Shown: positions 1-8,702 of the stretch, in pieces
How positions within the stretch are numbered: position 1 is the first letter of the stretch
Layout of the letters: every line of letters starts with the position of its first letter
NCBI GenBank assembly: GCA_029838215.1
Contig: JALGVI010000049.1
Location: forward strand, 1-22,205
Reading direction: 5' to 3'
Source: Candidatus Helarchaeota archaeon
GTDB lineage: Archaea > Asgardarchaeota > Lokiarchaeia > Helarchaeales > RDOG01
Length of the DNA stretch: 22,205 bases
The notes under the pieces: generated by a model
The model's input: only the letters and a program-made list of their open reading frames with translations
Told to the model about the DNA's origin: nothing
Databases searched by the model: none
Program-made: the position numbers and the translations under genes

Positions 1-38
1 TCTTCAGTTACCCCCACGAAGTTATCTTCGTTAGGCAT
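1..38 (-). CDS. 5' end of a gene running off the left edge (MPNEDNFVGVTE...), product unknown
   Basis: ATG at 38-36 on the minus strand, open frame to the window edge, preceded by an AT-rich intergenic region. Only 12 codons are visible. Confidence 0.35.
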   Translation of the reverse strand, partial: MPNEDNFVGVTE

Positions 39-189
39 TAGTTTAATTATATATGAAATTTGAAATAAAAAAAAATCGGTTTTTTCGAGTTTTTTATCGC
101 GAAAAAAAAAGAAATTTCAAGCCGATTGCAGGATTCTGGGCAAAGAAATTCGGTAATATTTAGATGTTCTAAAAAAGTGAGTTAATTCT

Positions 190-203
190 AAAAAGAAAAT
201 AAA
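190..203 (-). terminator. Putative archaeal oligo(T) terminator of the hps-panE-mfnA operon
   Basis: Minus strand reads TTTATTTTCTTTTT a few nt after the mfnA stop at 210. A further T9 tract lies at 102-110. Confidence 0.35.
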
Positions 204-209
204 GGAGTT

Positions 210-1412
210 TCACGTTCGTGCATATACATGAAATGGTGTTGGTTCGGGAACTAATTTGTTTGTGATTTTTTCCAGATCGAAGAGGAATTTTTCAACATGG
301 CATTCTTCAACGTGTGGCATGACGACAATACGTATCATGTCGGGGAATAGACCAACAGCCCAACCCCTGCGACGTAGTTCCTTGTCAATCTTATAAATAT
401 TATAAACATCCGAAGTGAATCCGACAACATTCATGACCGGGTTTCGCACGAGTCGAACACCATCGATTTCATCGATCCCTCGAGCAACGAGGTTCGTGAT
501 ATTCATGCATTTTTTAACGATCTCTCTATATCCTTTACGACCGAGATGCTTCATCGTAGCCCACATGGCAATGACGCTGGCACCTGACCTCGTGCCCACG
601 ATGGTTGCCTGACGGATGTGTCCTCCTGCCAAATATGGAATGTCGAAATAACTCGTCCCGATCACTTCGCTATTGCGAAAAATTATTCCGCCCGCAGGAA
701 TGGGACCAAGACCCATTTTATGGGGATCAATTGTTATCGATCTCACGCCTTCAAACGTGAAGTCAAAATCCCGAATGTCATGTCCGAGTTCTTTCAGAAA
801 GGGAATCACGAATCCACCAAATGCAGCATCGACGTGAAGGTGGATGTCATTATCAATTGCCAAATCAGAAAGAGCTTTTACATCATCAACGGTTCCTAGA
901 GAAGTCGTGCCAGCAATTCCTACCAAACAAATGGTATTTGGAGATATGGCTTCCTTGACGGCTTCAATATCTACACTATATTCTTCATTCAATGGAACCT
1001 TAACGATCTTCAAGCGCATTAGGTCTGCGGCTTTGTCAAAGCTCGCGTGTGCCGATTCGGGGACGATGATTTCATTTTTCGTATTGTAATAGTGGCGATG
1101 GTTTCGTGCCGTGCGGACGGCAATTAAATTGGCTTCAGTACCACCAGTTACCAGATAACCAACGGCTTCAGGATTGTGAAGGAGCTTTCCTATCATGCGG
1201 ATGGCATCTCGTTCCAGCGACCAAGTGCCGACCCACAAGCCGGGATCGCCCAAGTTCTTGTCAAGGTGATGAGTATAAATGGTATTCGTAAATCTAAGGG
1301 GTTTCGTGCACATGCTACCAAGGATCTTTCCTGAAGAATAGTTCATGTCATTCCCTAGAATGCGGTTAATTCGTCGTAGGATTTTTTCTTGGCTTAAACC
1401 TTCTTCTTTCAT
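210..1412 (-). CDS. mfnA: Group II PLP-dependent decarboxylase, MfnA type (L-aspartate/L-tyrosine decarboxylase)
   Basis: Motifs KILGSMCT, NLGDPGL, GGTEAN, AHASFDKAA, GIAGTT, HVDAAFGG and SITIDPHKMG (PLP lysine), plus GTRSG. The 400-aa length is typical of archaeal MfnA. It sits next to panE. Confidence 0.9.
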   Translation of the reverse strand: MKEEGLSQEKILRRINRILGNDMNYSSGKILGSMCTKPLRFTNTIYTHHLDKNLGDPGLWVGTWSLERDAIRMIGKLLHNPEAVGYLVTGGTEANLIAVRTARNHRHYYNTKNEIIVPESAHASFDKAADLMRLKIVKVPLNEEYSVDIEAVKEAISPNTICLVGIAGTTSLGTVDDVKALSDLAIDNDIHLHVDAAFGGFVIPFLKELGHDIRDFDFTFEGVRSITIDPHKMGLGPIPAGGIIFRNSEVIGTSYFDIPYLAGGHIRQATIVGTRSGASVIAMWATMKHLGRKGYREIVKKCMNITNLVARGIDEIDGVRLVRNPVMNVVGFTSDVYNIYKIDKELRRRGWAVGLFPDMIRIVVMPHVEECHVEKFLFDLEKITNKLVPEPTPFHVYART

Positions 1413-1426
1413 TGTTTTTCCTTCTT

Positions 1427-2347
1427 TTAATTGTTTGCTCGTTCAATACCTTTTATGAGCGCAGTAATCATCTGGTTTAAGGGTGTCGGCACGTTTACGC
1501 GCTTGCCCATTCGAACGATAGCGCCATTGATGTAATCTATTTCAGTCGGTCTTCTTTTTTCAATGTCTTGTAACATGCTGTTCCTATTTTTAAAAGTCTT
1601 TTGACACACTTCGATTGTTTTTTGTAACGACTCTTCCACAGAAAGAGAAAGACCGTAAGCTTTAGCCACAAAGACGGCTTCTTCAATTAATTTGCTCATT
1701 ACATCCAAAAGTTCGCCATCTTGTAAATGGCCGTTCTGCAGACCTGTTATGGCACCAAGTGGGTTTATTCCGACATTAACCATTATCTTTTTCCAAATGA
1801 GTGATTCGATATCATCAGATATCGTTGTTGGAAATCCACTCTGGTTGAAGATTTGTTGAATTTCATTCAAGATTGGTAAACGTGCTTGAGTCAAGGAACC
1901 AATAGCAGTTTCTCCCTGACCCGTATGCTTGACGGTACCGGGTTTTATTACTAACGCTCCATTAGTGGTGGTTCCCCTGATAATTCGTGAATTGTCCCCT
2001 AACACGTCACTTGCAATATCTTCGATTCCCAACCCATTTTGCAAGCATAACAAAAAAGTCGCTTCGGTAAAAAGTTTCCTTGCATCAAGGAGAGCTTGTT
2101 TCGTGTCATATGCCTTGACAGTCAAGATAACAAGATCCGCGGGTCCAATTTCCCCTGCATCAATGCAAGCATGAATATTCTTGACCAAAACGTTTTTTGA
2201 AAGTCCTTCGATTTGCAAACCTTCTTTTTGAATGGCTTGCATGTGAGATGAGCGCCCGATGAAATGGACACGATTATCCGTATTATGAGCGATATAACCA
2301 CCGAATAGAGAACCTATAGCTCCTGCACCCATGATCACGATATCCAT
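1427..2347 (-). CDS. panE: 2-dehydropantoate 2-reductase (ketopantoate reductase, ApbA/PanE)
   Basis: N-terminal Rossmann motif GAGAIG, then LTVKAYD, LQNGLG, WKKIMVNVGINPL (catalytic Lys), SMLQDIEKRRPTEIDYING (catalytic Glu). Confidence 0.93.
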   Translation of the reverse strand: MDIVIMGAGAIGSLFGGYIAHNTDNRVHFIGRSSHMQAIQKEGLQIEGLSKNVLVKNIHACIDAGEIGPADLVILTVKAYDTKQALLDARKLFTEATFLLCLQNGLGIEDIASDVLGDNSRIIRGTTTNGALVIKPGTVKHTGQGETAIGSLTQARLPILNEIQQIFNQSGFPTTISDDIESLIWKKIMVNVGINPLGAITGLQNGHLQDGELLDVMSKLIEEAVFVAKAYGLSLSVEESLQKTIEVCQKTFKNRNSMLQDIEKRRPTEIDYINGAIVRMGKRVNVPTPLNQMITALIKGIERANN

Positions 2348-2356
2348 GCTTACCTT

Positions 2357-3676
2357 TCACCCGATGACTTTTTCCCATTTCTTCAGTTTCAATACTTTCG
2401 ATAACGTGGAGCCACGTTTGATCTCTTCCCGAACGCGATTTTCATTTTCAAGCACCATCGCAGCCCGGTTGGCGATCTCTTGAGCTTGCTCCTTAGGAAT
2501 CACGATGACCCCACAATCATCCCCAACGACCCAGTCTCCAGGGCTTACCTTCAATCCTCCACACGTTATTTCGATATTAACTTCACCAAATCCTTTTGGT
2601 TCCCCTGCATTAGATTTGACATGCCGGCTGAAAGCCGGAAATTTCATCTCTCGAATATCATCAACATCACGAATTGCACCATCTATGACGACTCCTGTAA
2701 CACCTTTTGTCTTGCAGGACCAACTTGCCAACTCGCCCCAAACAGCAATGTCTCCGCCCGATTCATCTATAACGATGACGTTTCCTTTTTCTGCTAAATC
2801 TATAGACTCAACAGGTTTTGACCAATCACCATTATAACACCGCACGGTTATGGCACGACCCACGAGCTTAGAACCTTCCCACACGGGACGAATGCCTTCC
2901 ATGCACGGAGCGCGATGCATTGCATCACTTATGTTTGGCGTGCTTACCATTGAGAAGACGCGGAACAATTCGTCTTCACCGTATTTCCTCATCAATTTCG
3001 ACTTGATGGGTTTTCCTGTTTTCATCGTTTCCTTGAGAGCACGAGTTGCTTCTTCACAATTCTCCGCAGCCGTGATTGCATGCCCAACAATGAGAATATC
3101 GGCTCCTGCTTCGATCCCGAGCGGTGCGGTCTCCGTGTTTATTCCGCCTGCCATCGCTATCTCAGCATTCACGACGACTTCAGAGATTTGCTTGGTAATT
3201 TCGATGGGATTCATGCCCTTGACTTGTTGATCGATTCCCACGTGAATGCAAATGATATCAACACCCATTCGTTCCAGGGCAACGGCACGCTCGATAAAAT
3301 CGGAAACGTTTATCAAATCAACCATGATGCGGGCACCATACTGCTTGCCAGCTTTCAGGGCTTCGAGAATCGTTGAATTATCACTCACGCCCAAAATAAT
3401 GACGATATCCGCACCGCTTTTTGCCGCCATCTCGACTTCTATGCCACCGACATCCATTGTTTTCAAGTCTGCAACAATCACTTTGTTTGGAAATTCCTTC
3501 TTTAATGTACGAACTGCATTCATGCCTTCGCTTTTAATGAGAGGCGTGCCAACCTCGATCCAATCCACACCGCCAGCTACCGCCTCACGGGCGATTTGCA
3601 CGGCACGATCGAGGTTCATCAAGTCTAAAGCAACTTGTAACTTGGCTTCATTCATGTTTATTTTTTCGTCGCTCAT
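2357..3676 (-). CDS. hxlA: 3-hexulose-6-phosphate synthase fused to a C-terminal RraA/HMG-aldolase-like domain
   Basis: HPS barrel motifs LQVALD, IEVGTPLIKSEG, ADLKTMDVG, HVGIDQQ, AGGIN. RraA-like motifs STPNISDAM, GRAITVR, VWGEL, DGAIRDVDDI, PGDWVVGDDCGV. I prefer the ATG at 3676 (upstream GAAGGA) over the track's TTG at 3715. Confidence 0.88.
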   Translation of the reverse strand: MSDEKINMNEAKLQVALDLMNLDRAVQIAREAVAGGVDWIEVGTPLIKSEGMNAVRTLKKEFPNKVIVADLKTMDVGGIEVEMAAKSGADIVIILGVSDNSTILEALKAGKQYGARIMVDLINVSDFIERAVALERMGVDIICIHVGIDQQVKGMNPIEITKQISEVVVNAEIAMAGGINTETAPLGIEAGADILIVGHAITAAENCEEATRALKETMKTGKPIKSKLMRKYGEDELFRVFSMVSTPNISDAMHRAPCMEGIRPVWEGSKLVGRAITVRCYNGDWSKPVESIDLAEKGNVIVIDESGGDIAVWGELASWSCKTKGVTGVVIDGAIRDVDDIREMKFPAFSRHVKSNAGEPKGFGEVNIEITCGGLKVSPGDWVVGDDCGVIVIPKEQAQEIANRAAMVLENENRVREEIKRGSTLSKVLKLKKWEKVIG

Positions 3677-4106
3677 GATGGATCCTTCGTCAATTTCATA
3701 TCTACTTTTAGACAATAAACAAACGGTATAAAAAAATTTTGAAATTTCTACATAATTGAACTAGTTTCTATATAGGAATTTATCTTCTATATATTTTCTA
3801 GAAGAAATCTATAGACAAAAAATGATCATATCTACTAACAGGATCAATCTTTTTCTAATCAAGAATTAAAATACGTTCCAAAATAGAATGAAAAAATAAG
3901 AAATAAAAACGAAAACAACCAATTATCAAGAAAAAATTAGGCATTAAGAACACAATTCACTCAATTTTTAGAACGATTATGAGCATGTCTATCTATTTCA
4001 CCAATGAGAACAAAATCCCGCCTATTTCCATTTTCAGTTCTCTTAGAGGCTAACCGAGAAGACACCTTTTTATAATCTGTCTGAAGACAAGTTTTCATCG
4101 CCGTTT

Positions 4107-4490
4107 CTATTTCCAGAACAGAGATTGGCTTGAAGTTATTCTTTTTAGAGCTTCTTCCTTTGAGCAACAGATGACATCAGGTTTTCCGCCTTGGAATATT
4201 GCCTCGGTCTTCATTAAAGCTCTTTGGATCGGTGAATGAACAACAATATATGTTGGCATTATATTTTGGAAAATTCTAAAAAATGAACGCCCTTTTTCAG
4301 TAACACGTCCATTTTTAGGCAATATTAACACGTTGCCTCTAACTTTGGTTTTTGATTTTATTAGTTTAAGGTATTTAATTAACCTTTTTGCCTCAGACTC
4401 TTCAAAATAAGCGGGTAATTTCATCAAAATTGTGTTATTTTCTTCATCAATTTGAATTTTCGACATTACATTTAATGAAGGCAATTTCAA
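4107..4490 (-). CDS. Small hypothetical protein, possibly STAS/SEC14 (SpoIIAA-like) fold
   Basis: 127-aa ORF with a beta-beta-helix-beta start (KIQIDEENNTILMKL) and a C-terminal CSKEEALKRI resembling the 'F-x-x-x-EEA-x-x-WL' ending of SpoIIAA-like proteins. Alternative ATG at 4466. Confidence 0.5.
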   Translation of the reverse strand: MKLPSLNVMSKIQIDEENNTILMKLPAYFEESEAKRLIKYLKLIKSKTKVRGNVLILPKNGRVTEKGRSFFRIFQNIMPTYIVVHSPIQRALMKTEAIFQGGKPDVICCSKEEALKRITSSQSLFWK

Positions 4491-4844
4491 AACCCCACGA
4501 TTAAATCATGTATAATGGACATCTAAATAAGAATTAAACTCTCGAACCCGACTTTTTCGCCTTTACTTGATGAATCTCGATAAAAACATTCCGATTCTCA
4601 AGATTTAGTTAAATCAGATGATTTTTAAAAAAGGATCCAACCGACAAATTCCTACCAAGATCTAATATGTGTACAGCATGATTTTAAAATTTCGGTTGAC
4701 GTGATCCGATGATTAATTAGTTTTTTAAGGACGTGAAGGAAATTTCTTGTTAATATATCTTCCATAATCTAAAATAACAGAGTTTTAACTTTTTAAAAAA
4801 CGCGCCAAGAGATTCAACAATTCCGTGCGAAGGAGAAGTTTATA

Positions 4845-6341
4845 TTGTCCACGGATCAATACGATCTTAAAAAAGAAAAGAAAAAAGCCATTCCCTTGCT
4901 CCGAGATTTTGCAAGCAAGTGCACGGCTTGTGGAGTATGCCTGAGAAATTGTGTTTTTCATGACTATTCGAAAAAAGATAGTCGTAAAATAATGAAAGAA
5001 TTAAAAGAATTTCTACTTAGCAAGAAATTAGATGCAAAATTAAGTAGGAAGACTCGAAAGTTCATTTGGACGTGTGGGCTTTGCGAGCATTGCTTAAACA
5101 CGTGTCCCATCTCCGAAAAAATCCCTCGAACCCCGCTATTAATTCTTACAAGGGCAATTCTGGTAATTCAAGACAAGGCACCATTTTTCGTGAGGTTCGC
5201 ACGGAAGACGCTCTTCAGGGACATCAATAATCCGACTTTGAAAAATCTATGGCCCATCACGGCAAAATTATTCGTTCCCGAGTGGAATTCGCCCAGTGAC
5301 CCTGTCAAGAAAAAAATTCGGAAAGCCATTGAGAAAGCACGACGACTGCCAAAAAAAGGAGCCGAAATCTGTTTTTCAGGGGGATGCGGTCATACTTGGG
5401 CGGCACCAGATGTGGTCTATTCGACAATATCTATTCTAGAAGAAGCCGGAGAGGATTTCATCACCATTGGAAACCCAGAATATTGCTGTGGTGTCGTATA
5501 TGCCGTTTTGGGGTATCTCGACCTTTGGTTTGAGCAAACACACAAGGTCATGAATAATTATTTACGCTTGGAGCCGAGACCGAAGAAGATCTTGCTTCAT
5601 TGTCCTGGTTGTTTCACCAGCTACAACTTTGATCTTTCAGAATATGGCATCACGCTTCCATTTAGCCATTTAACGCACATGTCTGACCCCATGGAGATTC
5701 TAAACGTGAACGAATACATCTACAAACTGATAAAAACAAGCAAGATAAAATTGAAGGAATCAATTCCGATGACCGTGACGTACAATGACAGCTGTTCTCT
5801 GGGGCGTAGAATCGCATGGACAGGGAAAACGGTTTATGAAGCCCCACGAGATGTCCTTAATAGCATACCGGGAATTAAAATGGTTGAATTAGATCACGTG
5901 AGAGATGATGCATATTGTTGCGGGTTGATCGGGACAAAACTATTGGGACTCGGCGAGAACCTGAGCGACATGATTGGAAAAGATAAGGCATATAAAATTC
6001 AAAAAGAATTATTTCAAACAATGCTCGAAAGGGGATCGGAAAACCTTGTCGTTCCATGCATGGGATGCTCCATCGTCTTTGAGGATTCGGCAAGAATATG
6101 GGCAAAAAAATTGGGAAAGAAAATCAACGTTTACGACGTGCAAGAACTCGTCAATAAGTCAATGGGCAAGCACATTCCACGAAGATACCTTTTCATCAAC
6201 AACGCCGTTAGTCTTTCGTTACCTTATATAAAGAAAGATCTCTTCAAGGTGATCCCGCGTATTTTCAAAACTCACGCGTTTAAAGACATCTTTAGGTTCC
6301 TGAAAGACACCATCAAATATCTAATCAAAAAACCCAGTTGA
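4845..6341 (+). CDS. (Fe-S)-binding oxidoreductase, HdrD/GlpC-like: 2x[4Fe-4S] ferredoxin domain plus two CCG domains
   Basis: CTACGVCLRNC and CGLCEHCLNTCP. CCG1: GGCGH...YCCG...CPGC. CCG2: YNDSCSLGR...YCCG...CMGC. TTG start after GAAGGAG. Confidence 0.87.
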   Translation: MSTDQYDLKKEKKKAIPLLRDFASKCTACGVCLRNCVFHDYSKKDSRKIMKELKEFLLSKKLDAKLSRKTRKFIWTCGLCEHCLNTCPISEKIPRTPLLILTRAILVIQDKAPFFVRFARKTLFRDINNPTLKNLWPITAKLFVPEWNSPSDPVKKKIRKAIEKARRLPKKGAEICFSGGCGHTWAAPDVVYSTISILEEAGEDFITIGNPEYCCGVVYAVLGYLDLWFEQTHKVMNNYLRLEPRPKKILLHCPGCFTSYNFDLSEYGITLPFSHLTHMSDPMEILNVNEYIYKLIKTSKIKLKESIPMTVTYNDSCSLGRRIAWTGKTVYEAPRDVLNSIPGIKMVELDHVRDDAYCCGLIGTKLLGLGENLSDMIGKDKAYKIQKELFQTMLERGSENLVVPCMGCSIVFEDSARIWAKKLGKKINVYDVQELVNKSMGKHIPRRYLFINNAVSLSLPYIKKDLFKVIPRIFKTHAFKDIFRFLKDTIKYLIKKPS

Positions 6342-6354
6342 AAACCTGACGAGA

Positions 6355-6891
6355 TCATCCTTTAATTTTAATGACGCATCCATCTTTTGTCTTTTCAATC
6401 TGAATTTCGAAGCCAAGATCCGCTCCTTGTCCATATACTAATTCGCAAAAATAGCACGATATGTCGTCAGGAACATCGATCTTTGTCTTTTTTGAATATT
6501 TTTTGCACATTTTCCGGAACTTGCAATTCTTTAATTCAATCTGACTCAATTTTTCATCCGTGATGAGCGTGAAATCTTTTAATTTCTGAAATGGCTGCCA
6601 ATTCTCAAATATTTGCCCTCTAAATTGAGAAATTAGGAAGCTCGTCGGCATTTTCCGTATCGCAGCTAAAGCGATGGGATTATTATATGTTGAATATTTC
6701 AATTTATCATAGATTTCATATTGGAAATCGAGATATTCGCGTGGATCGATTCCCTTTTTCAAGCAAAAAGCAAAAATCGCAAATTGTTTCATGTGATAAA
6801 ACTCATTACAAATCTTTAACTTCTCTTTATAACTTATTTCTTTCGTTATTTCCTTACCGCGCTTGATTTCTGGTGCCTTTTCTTTCGACAT
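6355..6891 (-). CDS. Hypothetical protein, possible V4R/ATC-hydrolase-like small-ligand-binding fold
   Basis: 178 aa, with C-terminal Cys pattern CKFRKMC...SCYFC...DGCVIKI and terminal beta-hairpin (FEIQIEKTKDGCVIKIK) reminiscent of V4R-type domains. The family call is an inference. Confidence 0.55.
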   Translation of the reverse strand: MSKEKAPEIKRGKEITKEISYKEKLKICNEFYHMKQFAIFAFCLKKGIDPREYLDFQYEIYDKLKYSTYNNPIALAAIRKMPTSFLISQFRGQIFENWQPFQKLKDFTLITDEKLSQIELKNCKFRKMCKKYSKKTKIDVPDDISCYFCELVYGQGADLGFEIQIEKTKDGCVIKIKG

Positions 6892-7018
6892 TCAAGATTT
6901 ACCTCAAGATTCTTCAATGGTGAATTTGTTTCTATCAGATGCTTTTGTGAAAATACTCAAAATTGTTTCCAAAAAAGAATATAATACAATAATTCATGGT
7001 TTTTTTGGTGGAAGATTG

Positions 7019-8662
7019 ATGAAATCACTCGAAGAAATTTCAGGTTCTCGCCTTTACGACTACATGACGGATTTTATTAATATAGGATGGCGCCGACCCG
7101 GAACGCCCGAAGCACACAAAACTGCAAAATACATTTTAAAGCACTTTGACGAATTTGGACTTGAAGATACTCGGCTTGAGCCATTTGAAATGTTATTATA
7201 TGAGCCTACTGAATGGAAATTGACCATAAAGTGCGATTTATTACCAAATCATGAAACGGAAATTAGATGCTTTCCGTTGTGGCACACGAAAGCCACGGAA
7301 ACGGAGGGAATCGATGCAGAAATCGTGCACGTGGGATGGGGAACTCCAAAGGAATTCAGAAAATACGACGTGAAAGAAAAGATCGTGCTGGTCGAATCGC
7401 ATCGGATGATGGCATTTTATCCAACAATGGATTTTTTTCGCTCTTATGAGAAAGCCCGGCAGAAAGGAGCCATTGGACTGATTGCCATTCACGACACCCC
7501 ACCAAACACGCTTTTCGCAACATATGCGACGCGCCATCAGACGTTGAAAGATACAAATCAAGAGAGCGGAAACATACCTGGGGTGGTCATCAGTCATGAA
7601 GCAGGAAAATATCTCAAGACATTGGTTCAGCAAGGAAATGTACGGGCAAATTTAAAGTTAATTGCATCAATAAAGACGGCAATGACGGATAATTTAATCG
7701 GAAAATTGGAGGGAAAGAAAAAAGAGGAAATCATCCTTGTTGGAACGCACATTGACAGTTGGTTTGATGGTGCCATAGATAATGCGGGTGGAAACGCGGG
7801 ATTCTTGGAATTGGCAGATTACTATAGTCAAATTCCAGAGAAGCAGAGAGAAAAAACCATGATCTTTGCGGGATTTGCGGGTCATGAAGTCGGTTCGATC
7901 GGAGTGATAGAATTTGCTCGAAAACATCATTCATGGTTTAATAAAATAACGACGTATTGCATGGTCGATGGATTCGGTTCAAAAGGTTATATTCTCGAAA
8001 GTCCCGGTCGAGAACCCATGGAAACACGACTCGATGAAGCAAAGGGATTATTCACCACGGAGAATCAAGTACTTTTTAATTTTCTCTCAGACGCCGCCTT
8101 TAAATATCGATTGTTTCCGAGCATGCACGTTTCTGCAGTGAAAGGCGCATTCAGCGATTTGGGTCCGCTTGTTGCGGCGAACGTGCCGAGCATCATGGTC
8201 ATTAGCAAGGGAATTTTTTACCACACCATCCAAGATACTGCAGACAAAGTCTTGGCTTTGCAATTAGAACGAACCACGAAAGCACACGTTGAGATATTGG
8301 ATAAAATCCACCAAACGCCTTCGAATGTTATAAAAGCAGCCGATAGAAAGGGTATAAAACTTCCCACCCAACCAGATCTCAACAAGAGAGGCTCCATTCA
8401 CTTTTCATTTGACATTACACCGAATCCGATGGTAGAGGGAACGACGGCTTTGATTTATTTGACATCATATACTTGCGAAGATCGAATCATCGTAGATTTG
8501 AGATGGACACTTGAGAATGGCTACGAATTACATTCACCGATCCTACCGCAAAGGTTTGGCAAGAGCGGGCAATACAAAGTACGCCTCACGCTAATGGATA
8601 ATTTCGGCAATGAATATTTCTTGGAAAAGACGGCATTCGTGATTAAGAAAGCCAGAAAATGA
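7019..8662 (+). CDS. M28-family metallopeptidase with PA domain insert and C-terminal PKD-like domain
   Basis: RRPGTPEA (M28 N-term), PA region AEIVHVGWG...DVKEKIVLV...GAIGLI, metal-site motifs THIDSW, GAIDNAGG, GHEVGSIG, MVDGFG, YHTIQDT, and PKD-like tail (LRWTLENG...FGKSGQYKVRLTLMDNFG). I prefer the ATG at 7019 (GGTGG upstream), because the track start at 6863 overlaps the divergent gene. Confidence 0.85.
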   Translation: MKSLEEISGSRLYDYMTDFINIGWRRPGTPEAHKTAKYILKHFDEFGLEDTRLEPFEMLLYEPTEWKLTIKCDLLPNHETEIRCFPLWHTKATETEGIDAEIVHVGWGTPKEFRKYDVKEKIVLVESHRMMAFYPTMDFFRSYEKARQKGAIGLIAIHDTPPNTLFATYATRHQTLKDTNQESGNIPGVVISHEAGKYLKTLVQQGNVRANLKLIASIKTAMTDNLIGKLEGKKKEEIILVGTHIDSWFDGAIDNAGGNAGFLELADYYSQIPEKQREKTMIFAGFAGHEVGSIGVIEFARKHHSWFNKITTYCMVDGFGSKGYILESPGREPMETRLDEAKGLFTTENQVLFNFLSDAAFKYRLFPSMHVSAVKGAFSDLGPLVAANVPSIMVISKGIFYHTIQDTADKVLALQLERTTKAHVEILDKIHQTPSNVIKAADRKGIKLPTQPDLNKRGSIHFSFDITPNPMVEGTTALIYLTSYTCEDRIIVDLRWTLENGYELHSPILPQRFGKSGQYKVRLTLMDNFGNEYFLEKTAFVIKKARK

Positions 8663-8702
8663 TGTTAGAAGGCAAAATTTGAAAAAGGGCAATTAAATCA
8701 AT

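Noticed and set aside
54-119. A/T-tract inverted repeats (ttttttcg...cgaaaaaa; tgaaattt...aaatttca) suggestive of a MITE or hairpin
   Set aside because: The arms are mostly homopolymer tracts with no target-site duplication or second copy. Oligo(T) terminator and promoter composition explain them.
415-3731. Plus-strand ORFs of 61-161 aa (e.g. 2850-3230, 3246-3731) over the first operon
   Set aside because: They are antisense shadows of well-supported mfnA, panE and hps genes, with no motifs or plausible starts.
3961-4167. 68-aa minus-strand ORF
   Set aside because: It overlaps the 4107-4490 gene in another frame, has a TTG start and carries no recognisable motif. Probably spurious.
4491-4844. 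354-nt intergenic region examined for tRNA, ncRNA or CRISPR
   Set aside because: It is AT-rich with no cloverleaf, no GC-rich stems and no repeat-spacer periodicity. Consistent with a divergent promoter region.
6863-7018. 52-aa N-terminal extension of the M28 ORF in the track
   Set aside because: It overlaps the start of the divergent 6355-6891 gene and runs through AT-rich promoter DNA. ATG 7019 has a GGTGG RBS.
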